From positions 544,001-608,000 of the forward strand of contig JAVJNR010000003.1 of the NCBI GenBank assembly GCA_040217195.1: DNA of 64,000 nucleotides. Reading direction: 5' to 3'. Positions 10,001-19,437 of this stretch are shown here, one piece after another (the first letter of the stretch is position 1; the number at the start of each line of letters is the position of its first letter). Position numbers and translations under genes: made by a program. Below the pieces are notes generated by a model that saw only the letters and a list, made by a program, of their open reading frames with translations, searched no databases and was not told where the DNA came from. The DNA comes from Leptospiraceae bacterium (GTDB lineage Bacteria > Spirochaetota > Leptospiria > Leptospirales > Leptonemataceae).

Positions 10001-11805
10001 TTGTTTTCCAGGCCTACTTCCATCAATTCCAGCCGATTTTCTCTGTGCAAGATCAGCCGTCGCGGGTTCAGAAAATCGGCCCATCTTATTCTCTCATATT
10101 CAAATTCAGCCTGCCAGACGAACTCCAGTTCATCCAGAGAGGGTTCAGGATTCAGGCACTCCTCTTTTTCTTCTCCATTCAGGGTTTCGAGCTTCAGTCT
10201 TTCTACAATCTCTTCAGATTTCTTTCTCTCCTCCTCCATTTCTTCCCAGGCCTGTTGCAAAGCCCGGTCCACTTTCAGCTCGGTAGATGCGATTTCGGAC
10301 AGAAAGCTTTCCGTGAAATCGACTCTGCGCAACACAGTCACCGCCTCCTTGCTTCGACCCAACGCTGACAGGACCAGGCATAGTGGAAACATACCGTAGT
10401 GCTGATCTCTGTACCCCTCTCGATCCTGCACAAAGGTCTGAAGCTCCTGTTCCAGAACTGCAAACTTTTGAGGAATCGATCTATACTCGCGTACCGCATG
10501 CAGCCACACAGATAATCGCAGCTCTCCCTTGATCGCTCCCTCTGATTCCAGTTTCGAGATTTTCTTATCATATTGCTGCTTTTTTCCAAGCACAGAGTAT
10601 AGATACAGCAATTCCGGATCGTAACTGGCAGATAAATGGTCGATTGCTTCGTATAATTTCAGGGAGCGAGAAAAGTCCCCATCTTTCATCGCTTTTTGAG
10701 CCCTGCGAATCAGTAGTCTATGTTTTTGAGAATATGTATCGGGCATGATACTGAGTGCAGCTTCCACTGCCTCCTCGCCCATTTCCAGAAGCTCCGACAT
10801 CTGATCGTAGCTTATCTTCAGATTGTATTTGATCAGAGAATCCAACCAGGTCTGAAAATTACCTCGATCCTTCACCGGATGCGGCATATTTTCCAGGTTG
10901 AGCTCCAGTTCTGGATTTTTCTTCAATAGGTCGCGAAAGCCATTCAGAAGTTCGGCTTCACTTTTATCGCCCCATTCTTCATGAACGTGTCCCCCATCGA
11001 TTCTCCAGTCTTCGAATTGATCCTCCATGCGAAAGATAAACTCAGATCCATCGGAGTCCATCCTTGCGTATCGCATATTTTTGGCATGGATAGTAGTGAC
11101 GCTGGAAATACTGCTATCGTCTTCTTCCCGAATACTTCCCTCCGGATAAAAAAGAGTGAATGCATTATCCTGGAACTTCAGAAATGGATAGGTCAGAATT
11201 GTATCTGGCAGATGAACCAGAGCAGGGAAGAATGGTCCCCGGCCCATCTCATGACAGAATGCGATTAAACCGTTATGGTCTTCGTTCGCATAGATCAGAC
11301 CTTTGCTAACAATGGGAACAATATGATCGAAATGTCCGGTAAGAGATATTGCAGCATCACTCAAACCAGCCTCTACTTCAGAGATCATTTCCTCGCGTAT
11401 GAGTTCAAGGCGCTGGCGCCAGGGACCCGATGGAACAGCATTCATGGGAATGGCCGGAGCCGTCTGACGGTATCGATTTTGCATTATTTTCAGGTGCCCC
11501 TGCTCTGCCTTTTTCAATGAAGCAATTCTGGAAGTTTGCAGCTTATCGCATGCATCCAACCATGAAGATATATCGATGTATCCAATGGGGTCCGTTTCCA
11601 GGTATTCCATATAGAGGAAATCATCATATTCGTTGTTAAAATGAATCGTCAGCGCACTTCGATCATCTGTGGGAGAGACCAGAAGCATCCTGAGCTCCCC
11701 GGGATCTATCAGCTTGCTTTTCATTGCTGCATGCACAGATAGCAGAAATTGTTCTTTGATGGAATCTCGGAGTTTGAGCGATGGCATGACAAACCCTGCC
11801 GGCAC
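7048..11805 (-). CDS. Large hypothetical protein with C-terminal TPRs and a central LVIVD-like beta-propeller
   Basis: 1585-aa ORF. C-terminal TPRs (AYFLKARL, LYNLTGCAY...AIPYFERA, YIANIAECHY). Central FDISNPSSP and YDISDPVRP repeats. Start is GTG 11805 or ATG 11787. Confidence 0.75.
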   Translation of the reverse strand: MPAGFVMPSLKLRDSIKEQFLLSVHAAMKSKLIDPGELRMLLVSPTDDRSALTIHFNNEYDDFLYMEYLETDPIGYIDISSWLDACDKLQTSRIASLKKAEQGHLKIMQNRYRQTAPAIPMNAVPSGPWRQRLELIREEMISEVEAGLSDAAISLTGHFDHIVPIVSKGLIYANEDHNGLIAFCHEMGRGPFFPALVHLPDTILTYPFLKFQDNAFTLFYPEGSIREEDDSSISSVTTIHAKNMRYARMDSDGSEFIFRMEDQFEDWRIDGGHVHEEWGDKSEAELLNGFRDLLKKNPELELNLENMPHPVKDRGNFQTWLDSLIKYNLKISYDQMSELLEMGEEAVEAALSIMPDTYSQKHRLLIRRAQKAMKDGDFSRSLKLYEAIDHLSASYDPELLYLYSVLGKKQQYDKKISKLESEGAIKGELRLSVWLHAVREYRSIPQKFAVLEQELQTFVQDREGYRDQHYGMFPLCLVLSALGRSKEAVTVLRRVDFTESFLSEIASTELKVDRALQQAWEEMEEERKKSEEIVERLKLETLNGEEKEECLNPEPSLDELEFVWQAEFEYERIRWADFLNPRRLILHRENRLELMEVGLENKSLNTIQTIALENEAEYSFCLFEDQIFVMRYDGIQILEYSLGNDSFELTAAYGNSNRESRYTALGVHEGHLYAIAGPALEVFLIGESCEKPLSRTLFQRSGNSVYFISGHGNTLYVGSNDVICFDISNPSSPECKSRMAPFSSSEPHHISYWDHFMLADYLYDISDPVRPVPVDYICRDHAALRVFQRDGADGSEIEIPGLFASGDSMGLLRQVIAPEENQATVKIWRNVMDKEREFPTRSVYPLSNMLCEDNLVTVSRDEIRFYTSMPVIQKPTRNAQRVLEEAIENILVEFQESENSTSPIGGLSVVLESYGAEFRLIAPSSIPSVNAQPLVEKHLFYSRDLPDFQDGTIVQADPEGLAKFFLSHKLVLEWAAGRVMVSIARRIPDSVALADPYFSEITVKGRKWEPLRAATENASVPQSAREILATKNKNLWNSLREEALDNDEVLQELLNISLEESPDGGDDSFDIPLAAVRAISRIKDEELVRRIFFAGITGHLPELDATRVRQADLSELLPVKKDDINPNYFFILLSRLWKDEPDDLELSILKATLAEIGGDLGAILAFRLQQWNHPALQNYVQKTLEDPYFHYYQFRGDAPGGLQYPDLSLVPDKLLKPHAELIRKKLQQLTEARNNVDTLAPYWQMLTTLGEPPSISFLEEHNRGARDYLESTSFSFGRDDDTEDAEVFALRLERTLKCQAMNERLGLIEKGDGLPLYDPLWKPEPYKKSWETLWSRFLDLGEKESGNREKYQARVLAALVQNLQIESEEYSSDLTMALRFLDYVLSRILQDPSIAESSTMLFEALDKQKHRLPENESFRDLRQKGLLSLLQSAWNDVKEKNYLQANQKCDAVLSMDSSMGQAYFLKARLIWLEKGVQAYLVQAEDFYQKATGDRAGLARLYNLTGCAYDELKEPARAIPYFERAASEVPNEAMYIANIAECHYKIDNAEKALQYAIHARDKGANSALIQEILQNQGIRSAAAGSE

Positions 11806-12065
11806 CGCTCGCTCTGTCCAGTGAAGTAAGGATAAAGTTTAGAAAACGATCAATTGATTTCAATAACCAATCGCTGTGCTAGAGACTCCGGATATTTAGA
11901 TACGAAGGCTCCTGACAGGACGTCGAAATTTGAACGGCAATCTTTCATCGGAGGGTTCTTTGTCATTTCCGCCAGAAGATTGCGAAAACGACAAAGAACG
12001 AAAGGGCTAAAGGGCTGGAAGAATCCAGAACAGGCGGCTCGCTACTGGATCAATTCAGCGCCGAA

Positions 12066-13553
12066 TCAGTTCAGTGCTTCTTTACTTTCCGAAAGTCCCA
12101 GAGATTCCATCACACCCACCACAAGCGTCTCTATGTTCCAGTTAGTGCGATCATGAGTCACTCCCAATCGCACAACGATCAACTCTTCATCCGGAAGAAT
12201 GATTACATTCTGACCATTGTATCCCGACATATAAAACATATTTTTGGGTAGGGACTGAAACCGTCTTTCCGGGATCAATTCCGGGTTATCTCTTCCTGCA
12301 TTCAGCCAGAGTTGAGCGCCGTACTGACCACCCGAGTCTTTCGCCGGAGTTCGCATATAATCCACCCATCCTGCCGGTAGAAGTCTCTTTCCATTCCAGA
12401 CCCCATCGCGTTGCAGAAGAAGACCTAGCCGGGCCCAGTCTCTTGCAGATGCATACATATAGCTGGATCCCACGAAAGTACCGGAAGGATCCGGTTCAAA
12501 ATAAACTGTATTCATTTCCAGCTCATCGAAGAGGCGTTGGCGAGCATAGGTCTGTGCATCATTGAGCGAACCTCCGGATATATCCCTCAGAATGCGGGCC
12601 AGAAGATTCGTATCGCCACTGGAATAGTACCATCGACTACCTGGTTCATACCCTACTGGCCGGGTGGCAGCATAGCCGGCCATGTCAGCGCTATTGTATA
12701 ACATTTCCGGTGCATCGTTAAAGGGTTGATATACTTCAGAAAAATCCAGTCCGGAAGACATATGCAGAAGATCGTTCGCCGTAATTCGGCTACGCTCTGG
12801 ATCCTCCTGCCATTCAGGTACACTGGCCGGTTCAGATATGTCCAGTTTTCCGTCCAGAACCATCATGCCGGCCAGGGTAGCCGTCGCCGTTTTAGACATA
12901 GACCAGCCCAGAACAGGGGTGTTCGCATCAAAACCATCTGCATATTGTTCTGCGATAATCTTGCCTTTATAGACTACTACTACAGCCTGGGTTTGCCTTC
13001 TTCCAGACTCCGGTTCGCTAAAGGCCCAGTCCAAAGCCTGTTTCAAGCGGGCAACGTCGATCCGAATCCCATCCTGTTCTACAATATTCTGAGTTTCCCC
13101 ACTACTCAATGTGTCCAATGCCTTACGAGTCTTTTCAGCGATGGAAGCCTGGCTACCCCGAGGCCATTCCACCATCGCCTCCATGCTTCTATCAAAAGAC
13201 AATCCACGGGATTGATTCAGCAGCTCCTCCGGTGTGGTCTTAACAGCCAGGGTGCAACCGACCTCCGGCCGAAAAACGGCAATGGTAGGACTGAACAATC
13301 CAAGGGTCACTGCGCGCACAGTTCGGTTTTCCGGGTTCAATTCATGAGATACCAGACTGAACAATGGGTTTGTAGGTTTTATCTCTTCATTGACGATCTG
13401 GTCCACATCCTCACGCCCGGAAACGAAGACCTGAGAACATAGATACTTTGCATAATAGCCGCTGCCTATGGGGGCCAGCATAGGAATTACAGTAAGCAAA
13501 ATTAGAATAATAGCCAGGGAAGCCCCCAGGCCTGCAATCTTCCACTTTTTCAT
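12066..13553 (-). CDS. Membrane-anchored serine hydrolase, beta-lactamase/AmpC (S12) family
   Basis: SxxK (WSMSKT), LLHMSSGL, YYSSGDTNLL, ARDWARLG motifs and an N-terminal TM segment. Confidence 0.9.
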   Translation of the reverse strand: MKKWKIAGLGASLAIILILLTVIPMLAPIGSGYYAKYLCSQVFVSGREDVDQIVNEEIKPTNPLFSLVSHELNPENRTVRAVTLGLFSPTIAVFRPEVGCTLAVKTTPEELLNQSRGLSFDRSMEAMVEWPRGSQASIAEKTRKALDTLSSGETQNIVEQDGIRIDVARLKQALDWAFSEPESGRRQTQAVVVVYKGKIIAEQYADGFDANTPVLGWSMSKTATATLAGMMVLDGKLDISEPASVPEWQEDPERSRITANDLLHMSSGLDFSEVYQPFNDAPEMLYNSADMAGYAATRPVGYEPGSRWYYSSGDTNLLARILRDISGGSLNDAQTYARQRLFDELEMNTVYFEPDPSGTFVGSSYMYASARDWARLGLLLQRDGVWNGKRLLPAGWVDYMRTPAKDSGGQYGAQLWLNAGRDNPELIPERRFQSLPKNMFYMSGYNGQNVIILPDEELIVVRLGVTHDRTNWNIETLVVGVMESLGLSESKEALN

Positions 13554-13725
13554 ACACTCTCCTGTTCACAATTCCTGTATCGAATTATGATTGAACAGAC
13601 TTCGTTCCAGAGGTAGGTTCTGTCGAGTTCTATATTTCCTGGTTTGGATTCTCTTCGTGCAGCAATTGGTTGCCGTTCTGGCTTCCTCCTGTAAGCTGCT
13701 CTCCAAACCAGTTCGGGAAAACAAA

Positions 13726-14598
13726 ATGAATTATCTAGTAGTTGGCGGAAATGCAGTACTTGGGCAACAATCCATTGCGGCTATTCGAAAAGGGGATTCT
13801 AAATCCCACATTATTGGCACCACTTCTTCGCAGGGAGAGGTTTCCGGAGCAGACATTACTATAGCAGAAATAAACCTGCAGGACCCGGCATCGATTCAGC
13901 GAGTCATCCAGGCAATTGAACCAGGGACTCTGGAAGCTATCGTATATGTTCCTGCAAGAGGTCCTGTAGGCAAACCGGTGCAGTATGCGAATAAATCGGA
14001 ATATCTGGAAAGCATCTCATTTTCCGTTATTCCAATGCTTCGCCTCACCGGAGCATTGTCGCCCAGAATTGCACTCTGGTTTTCCGGATTCATGTGGCTT
14101 GAGCCTTTGATGATGCTCTATGGACCCATGATTTATACAAAGATCACCATGGAGCAGATTACGCTAAAGCATCCGGACAGATTTAAATGCGTGCGATATG
14201 GAATGTTTGTTAGCAATTCAGCACGTGGAATTTCTATTCTATCTCAGAAGGCCATTACGTCCGGTCAGTATCCAGAACAAGAATCCTACCGAAAGGGTTG
14301 GAAAGAATCTGGAAAGAAGTTCAAGGATTACTTCGCATCCATTAATGGGGCTGAAGAAAAGCGATTACTGGGACCTCTGGCAAAGTCCAGCGCGCCCTAC
14401 CGACCGCTGGAATCTGAAGACTTGCAGACCGGAGTAAGTAAAGCGCTGTTTTCCGAGACCGCCCCCATACTCAATGTTGTGGGCGACTGGTACTGGGAAG
14501 ATGACAGTCTTCCTGAATGGCCTGCCGAGGTGGAGGCTAAAATGGATTTGATAGATGAAACCCTGGATCGCTATTTACTCAATCCGCAGCTTGATTGA
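13726..14598 (+). CDS. Divergent SDR/Rossmann-fold oxidoreductase (enoyl-reductase-like)
   Basis: Likely start ATG 13726. N-terminal YLVVGGNAVLG dinucleotide-binding motif and YGPMIYTK (YxxMxxxK) motif. Confidence 0.55.
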   Translation: MNYLVVGGNAVLGQQSIAAIRKGDSKSHIIGTTSSQGEVSGADITIAEINLQDPASIQRVIQAIEPGTLEAIVYVPARGPVGKPVQYANKSEYLESISFSVIPMLRLTGALSPRIALWFSGFMWLEPLMMLYGPMIYTKITMEQITLKHPDRFKCVRYGMFVSNSARGISILSQKAITSGQYPEQESYRKGWKESGKKFKDYFASINGAEEKRLLGPLAKSSAPYRPLESEDLQTGVSKALFSETAPILNVVGDWYWEDDSLPEWPAEVEAKMDLIDETLDRYLLNPQLD

Positions 14599-14662
14599 TT
14601 CATCTATTGCATGCATGTAATTTGAATTGCCAGAGCTACTGAGCCTTCGGAATAAACCAGCC

Positions 14663-15877
14663 ATGCCTGATATCAACCTCTCATCAATCAAGGAAGCTGC
14701 CAGAAGGCTGGATGGGGCTATATTAAATACACCCTTTCAGCACTCCAGGACCCTATCCGAGCTTTGCGATGCAAATGTATGGCTTAAGTTTGAGAATCAT
14801 CAGTTCACTGCCTCATTCAAGGAAAGAGGCGCACTGAATAAATTGTTAAATCTGTCTGAGGAAGAAAGATCCCGAGGAGTGGTAGCCATGTCTGCTGGTA
14901 ACCATGCTCAGGGTGTTGCCTATCATTGTCAGAGGCTCGGTATTCCTGCGACAATCATCATGCCAAGGTATACTCCTTTGAATAAGGTGCGTCATACTCG
15001 AAACTTTGGAGCGAATGTAGAACTGGCGGGAGATAATGTGGATGAGTCTTTCGCCGTTGCACGGCAACGAATGGATGAAAGGGATTTAACTCTGGTACAT
15101 CCATACGATGACATTCATGTCATTGCAGGACAGGGAACAGTGGCCCTGGAGATGCTCGAGCAGGAACCAGATCTGGATGCACTGATCATACCGATCGGTG
15201 GTGGCGGACTGATCTCTGGAGTTTCCATCGTTGCCCATTCCAGAGAAATCCAGGTCATTGGTGTTCAGAGTGATGCCTACCCTTTCGCTTACAATGCATT
15301 CTATGGAGAAGAGCTCAGCCCTGCAAGCCCGGCCACCATTGCCGAAGGTATCGCAGTGAAGTCTCCGGGAGTGATAACCATGGAAATCATTCGGCAGAAT
15401 GTAAAAGATATCCTGCTGGCTCCGGAACGAGAGATCGAGCGAGCAGTGGCTCTACTGGCAAGTGTGGAAAAAACTGTGGCCGAAGGAGCCGGCGCAGCCT
15501 CACTGGCCGCGTTGATATCTCCTCAACATGCGCATAGATTCAAGGGTAAAAAGGTTGGAATCATTATCTGCGGCGGTAATATCGATGAACGAATTCTGGC
15601 ATTTGCCTTACTGCGAAGTCTGGCCAGAGATGGCCGATTGATCCGCCTTCGGCTGGAGATTACAGATGTACCCGGGGAGCTGGCACGGATCAGCGCTCTG
15701 ATCGCCAACTGCGAAGGTAATATCGTAGATGTTGCGCACCATAGAATCTTCTCTGCACTCTCAATTAAAAGCGCCGATCTGGATCTTACCATAGAGACTC
15801 GAGACTCGAATCATAGAGATGAGATTCTGGATACGGTGGCTTCGGCTGGATTTAAAGCGAGACTGCTGGATATCTGA
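14663..15877 (+). CDS. ilvA: Threonine ammonia-lyase (PLP-dependent, C-terminal ACT domain)
   Basis: LKFEN.Q.TASFKERGA (PLP lysine), SAGNHAQG, PIGGGGLISG, GGNID, and ACT domain (DVPGELARI). Confidence 0.92.
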   Translation: MPDINLSSIKEAARRLDGAILNTPFQHSRTLSELCDANVWLKFENHQFTASFKERGALNKLLNLSEEERSRGVVAMSAGNHAQGVAYHCQRLGIPATIIMPRYTPLNKVRHTRNFGANVELAGDNVDESFAVARQRMDERDLTLVHPYDDIHVIAGQGTVALEMLEQEPDLDALIIPIGGGGLISGVSIVAHSREIQVIGVQSDAYPFAYNAFYGEELSPASPATIAEGIAVKSPGVITMEIIRQNVKDILLAPEREIERAVALLASVEKTVAEGAGAASLAALISPQHAHRFKGKKVGIIICGGNIDERILAFALLRSLARDGRLIRLRLEITDVPGELARISALIANCEGNIVDVAHHRIFSALSIKSADLDLTIETRDSNHRDEILDTVASAGFKARLLDI

Positions 15878-15909
15878 CAACTCCTGGTAGACTTTCTGTA
15901 TTACAGAAT

Positions 15910-17541
15910 CTACTTCTCGGGATCGCCCTCACGAAGGAGCACTCGTAACCTTTCCAGATCGATCGGCTTAGTTAGGATCTCTTTGAATCCAGCCGACCTT
16001 GCATCGTTGGCCACTTCTGATCCTGAATGGGCCGTAACCAGTATATAGGTCTCTTCCTCCGGTCGGTTCCTCAGGGAACGAAGGAAGTCAGCGCCGGTCT
16101 GCTCGCCAAGTTCAAAATCCAGAAATACATAGTCATATTGATTGGATCTCAAAAAATCATTCGCTTCAGAAAGATCCGTGGCGCGATGGATCTGAAAACC
16201 CATTCTGCTCAAGAGGTTTTCCATTACAAGACAACTCACCGGATCATCGTCTACAATGAGGGCCAAACCGTAGTGCAGAGTTTCGCTGGTCTGACTTGCC
16301 GTGAGTGCAGTGCGATCAACGGGCAATTCGATGTGAAACTCAAATCGGCTGCCTGTTTCTGCAAAATCAGAAGGACTGGAGGTGACTGAAATACTACCTC
16401 CCATTGATTCAGCCAATCTACGACTAAGGGCGAGACCCAGGCCGGTACCTCGGTGATTCCAGCCAGAGCTCTTGAGCTGGTTATATTCATCAAATATGCG
16501 CTCTCTTTGATCATCCGGAATACCCGGGCCGCTATCCTGCACTATGAATGCCATGGACAGAGTATTGCCTTCACTTCGCACAGAAAGCATTGCCTGCACT
16601 TTTCCCTGACCCGTAAATTTCACTGCATTTCCGATCAAATTATTTAGAATCTGGCCCATTCGCGTGGCATCTCCCAGAGCCCTCTGCTCCTGGCCTTCCT
16701 GGCTCCAGGTGAGATTTGTGCCCGATGCCTGTGCCTGTACCTGGTAGGTCTGCACCGCAAGATCTAAAACATGCGAAGGTAGAAAGGATTCACTTTGCAG
16801 CTCAAATCGCCCGGCTTCCATTTTGGATAGATCCAGCACTTCTGATATCAGGTTTAATAAAAATCTGCCCGATCGCCGGCCCACAGAAAGGAGCTCCATG
16901 CGACGATCCGCATCCTCCTCTGTCTGCAATAGATCCATTACCGGAATGATACCATTCAATGAATTCCGGACCTCGTGACTCATGGAATTGAGAAAAGCCG
17001 CCTTTTCCTCGTTGGCCAGCTCTAACTCTCGAAGCAGCGAAAGCTCCGTCTGTCTGGAAGAATAGGCAAAAAGACCGATTGCTCCTGTGGCCAGAAAAAA
17101 CAGATAGGAATGGATGTGTGCATTTTCCGCAGTGAGAAAAATAACCAGAACCGAAGAAGTTATAGCAACGGCCAGGTAGGCACGAATAAATGAGAGACTT
17201 CTGCTGGCAGAAATGGTTGAAGCGATAATCAGCGTTAGTCCGATGGTGTAACTTAATCCCAGCTCATTCAAATGACACAGAGCAAATGAGTAGACCAGAG
17301 TAAAAATATGTAGCAGCCCCATACCGTAGGGGATCAATCTTCGTAGAGAAGGGACCGCGGAACAAATAAACAGTAGAATACAGTAGATTCCAATAAGAAA
17401 CCGGAGAATGAGGCTGTCCTGAATTTCGAAAGACTCAAAATACTGATGGAAGAAGAATCCAAGAGGATACAGCAATGCATAACCCAGAAAAGGGGGATGC
17501 AAACGATCATAAGTATCAGTCGAACTCTTCGGCACGGCCAT
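15910..17541 (-). CDS. Membrane hybrid sensor histidine kinase / receiver
   Basis: Multi-TM N-terminus; H-box MSHEVRNSLNG, N-box NLIGNAVKFT, G1 DSGPGI, G2 GTGLGL; REC domain (VDDD...FLD...KP). Confidence 0.93.
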   Translation of the reverse strand: MAVPKSSTDTYDRLHPPFLGYALLYPLGFFFHQYFESFEIQDSLILRFLIGIYCILLFICSAVPSLRRLIPYGMGLLHIFTLVYSFALCHLNELGLSYTIGLTLIIASTISASRSLSFIRAYLAVAITSSVLVIFLTAENAHIHSYLFFLATGAIGLFAYSSRQTELSLLRELELANEEKAAFLNSMSHEVRNSLNGIIPVMDLLQTEEDADRRMELLSVGRRSGRFLLNLISEVLDLSKMEAGRFELQSESFLPSHVLDLAVQTYQVQAQASGTNLTWSQEGQEQRALGDATRMGQILNNLIGNAVKFTGQGKVQAMLSVRSEGNTLSMAFIVQDSGPGIPDDQRERIFDEYNQLKSSGWNHRGTGLGLALSRRLAESMGGSISVTSSPSDFAETGSRFEFHIELPVDRTALTASQTSETLHYGLALIVDDDPVSCLVMENLLSRMGFQIHRATDLSEANDFLRSNQYDYVFLDFELGEQTGADFLRSLRNRPEEETYILVTAHSGSEVANDARSAGFKEILTKPIDLERLRVLLREGDPEK

Positions 17542-17614
17542 AGAATGATTGGTATCTTCTGCTCTAATAAAGATGGAAATTCAGGGATTCGTCAATTAAG
17601 AAACGGAGAAAGCA

Positions 17615-18394
17615 TTGTGTATGATTCCCACCGGTGATGATGAAAAGCGAATACCTCTGGAAGATATTGATGTTTCAGACCTGGGGCTGGTCGAGCCATT
17701 ACGCTCCGATCTATTTCTAGGATCCCTTAAAGTTACAGAGGTAGAGGATGTACTTAAGAACCTGGGTCTGTTTCGTGAAATTGAAAACCGCGGCTACACT
17801 GACTGGAAACTCCTGGTGGAAACCGGATCTCTTCAGGACAATCGAATTCACATTTATTCCCGGGATACAGATCTATTCTTTTTGAGACTGAAGATTGGAA
17901 TGTATCCTGTGGCAGGCCCGGCCCCCCTTCGACTGATCTCGGTTGACTGGTTCCTGACTCAAAACCTGAACTATTCCGGCGATAAACTTTTTCCAGGACA
18001 GAACTACCCCGGGCTGGGCTCTGGAGTATTGTTCGTATTCAAGGATTTGATACGAGAGTTCGTAGAGCGTAGCCATGCATCGGGAATCATTACCGTTCCT
18101 GAATACTTCCACGATGCAGCACTTTTCACCAGATTCATGGAATGTAAATTCGTAAGCCCTGAAAAAGCCGCGGATTTTAAGAACTTGAGCTTCGCAGGGA
18201 AATTGCGAAGAACCAGCCATGCAATCCATTCCGGTCGTGTACGCGAAAAGAAAACTGGTGCAATCTATCGCTGGAGACATGGAGAGATGGTCTCTTTCAA
18301 AAGCGAACACCTGAACCGGACTCTGTTTGACAGACAATACTGGAAACTATACAAGAAACACCTGGATCCAAATAAGTATGAGATACTCGAATAG
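17615..18394 (+). CDS. Conserved hypothetical protein
   Basis: 259-aa ORF with GGAG RBS; motifs LFPGQNYPGLG and VPEYFHDA. Function not assignable. Confidence 0.65.
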   Translation: MCMIPTGDDEKRIPLEDIDVSDLGLVEPLRSDLFLGSLKVTEVEDVLKNLGLFREIENRGYTDWKLLVETGSLQDNRIHIYSRDTDLFFLRLKIGMYPVAGPAPLRLISVDWFLTQNLNYSGDKLFPGQNYPGLGSGVLFVFKDLIREFVERSHASGIITVPEYFHDAALFTRFMECKFVSPEKAADFKNLSFAGKLRRTSHAIHSGRVREKKTGAIYRWRHGEMVSFKSEHLNRTLFDRQYWKLYKKHLDPNKYEILE

Positions 18395-18941
18395 AAAAAT
18401 CACGCTTCTACGCGAAAATCCCGATCAAGTAGATTCCTGGTGGAAAGGTTGCTACCTTCGAATTCATGAGCAGGTATGGAGCAGGACTTTTCGATCACTG
18501 TGCCTGGCTCTTCTATTTTTACTAATCAATCTTCGGTGCTCCACTACCCTTCAACTGATCAATGACATTTCCGAAGATGGGCCGCCCACCCTGTACGGCG
18601 GAACTCAAATAGATATTGTGCTGATTTACGGTGGAGCCAGGTTGCTTGAGTCTCCGCTGGACTGCGGTGGCCTGGCATTACTTGCCCTGGTAGGCGGCCT
18701 TGTTGATCTTCCGCTGAGCTTCGCTGCAGATACTGTACTTCTTCCGGTAACGGTTCTGTGGTACTTTCTGGCCTATCAAGGAGAATCCTCCGGGCCCCAT
18801 CCAGGAGCTCACTCCGAGGCAGTGGAGTCGAACGATGCTGGCAACGATGAGATCGACGAAGGGACGGAGGTTAAAGAAGAACCGGAAGAAAAAGCGCCCA
18901 ATGATGCCCGGATAAAGGGCCCCCGTTCCTCTCAGCCTTGA
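18378..18941 (+). CDS. YceK/YidQ (DUF1375) family lipoprotein-like protein with an acidic tail
   Basis: LRCST lipobox-like site, LYGGTQID and DLPLSFAADTVLLP family motifs. Start uncertain. Confidence 0.75.
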   Translation: MRYSNRKITLLRENPDQVDSWWKGCYLRIHEQVWSRTFRSLCLALLFLLINLRCSTTLQLINDISEDGPPTLYGGTQIDIVLIYGGARLLESPLDCGGLALLALVGGLVDLPLSFAADTVLLPVTVLWYFLAYQGESSGPHPGAHSEAVESNDAGNDEIDEGTEVKEEPEEKAPNDARIKGPRSSQP

Positions 18942-18966
18942 CGATACCCCTTCCCGGTATTACTCT
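18938..18966 (+). promoter_or_regulatory. Sigma70-type promoter for the DUF302 gene
   Basis: TTGACG (18938-43), 17 bp, TACTCT (18961-66), followed by AAGGA RBS. Confidence 0.5.
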
Positions 18967-18989
18967 GATGATAATAAGGATGAAACAAA

Positions 18990-19385
18990 ATGAGCTACTA
19001 TTTTTCAGCGGATATAAATCAAGATTTTGATCAAGCAATCGAGACGGTGACGGAGGCTCTTAAAGATGAGGGCTTTGGAATTATCTCGGAAATCGACATA
19101 AAGGATAAATTGAAGGAGAAACTGGACGTGGATTTTCGCAGATACCGTATCCTGGGAGCATGCAATCCGTCCTACGCACACAAAGCGCTGACGCTAGAAG
19201 ATAAAATTGGCACCATGCTACCCTGCAATGTAATCGTCCAGGAAAAGGAAACCGGAGGCGCGGAAGTGGCCGCCATCAATCCTCTGGAATCAATGAAAGC
19301 AGTCAAAAATCCAGCTCTTCTGGAGATTGCCAGTGAGGTGACTGAGCGCTTACAGAGAGTCATTGATAAACTGGGCTCTGCATAG
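18990..19385 (+). CDS. DUF302 domain-containing protein
   Basis: EGFGIISEID...YRILGACNP...IGTMLPCNVIV signature. Confidence 0.93.
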   Translation: MSYYFSADINQDFDQAIETVTEALKDEGFGIISEIDIKDKLKEKLDVDFRRYRILGACNPSYAHKALTLEDKIGTMLPCNVIVQEKETGGAEVAAINPLESMKAVKNPALLEIASEVTERLQRVIDKLGSA

Positions 19386-19437
19386 ACTCAGATCACAAAT
19401 CGTTTGACCCTTGAATGGGCGATGAGAGCCTCATTCC

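Noticed and set aside
12726..13442. Long antisense ORFs (also 47617-48270, 58682-59452, 42443-43030)
   Set aside because: Shadows of well-supported genes, with no motifs or RBS.
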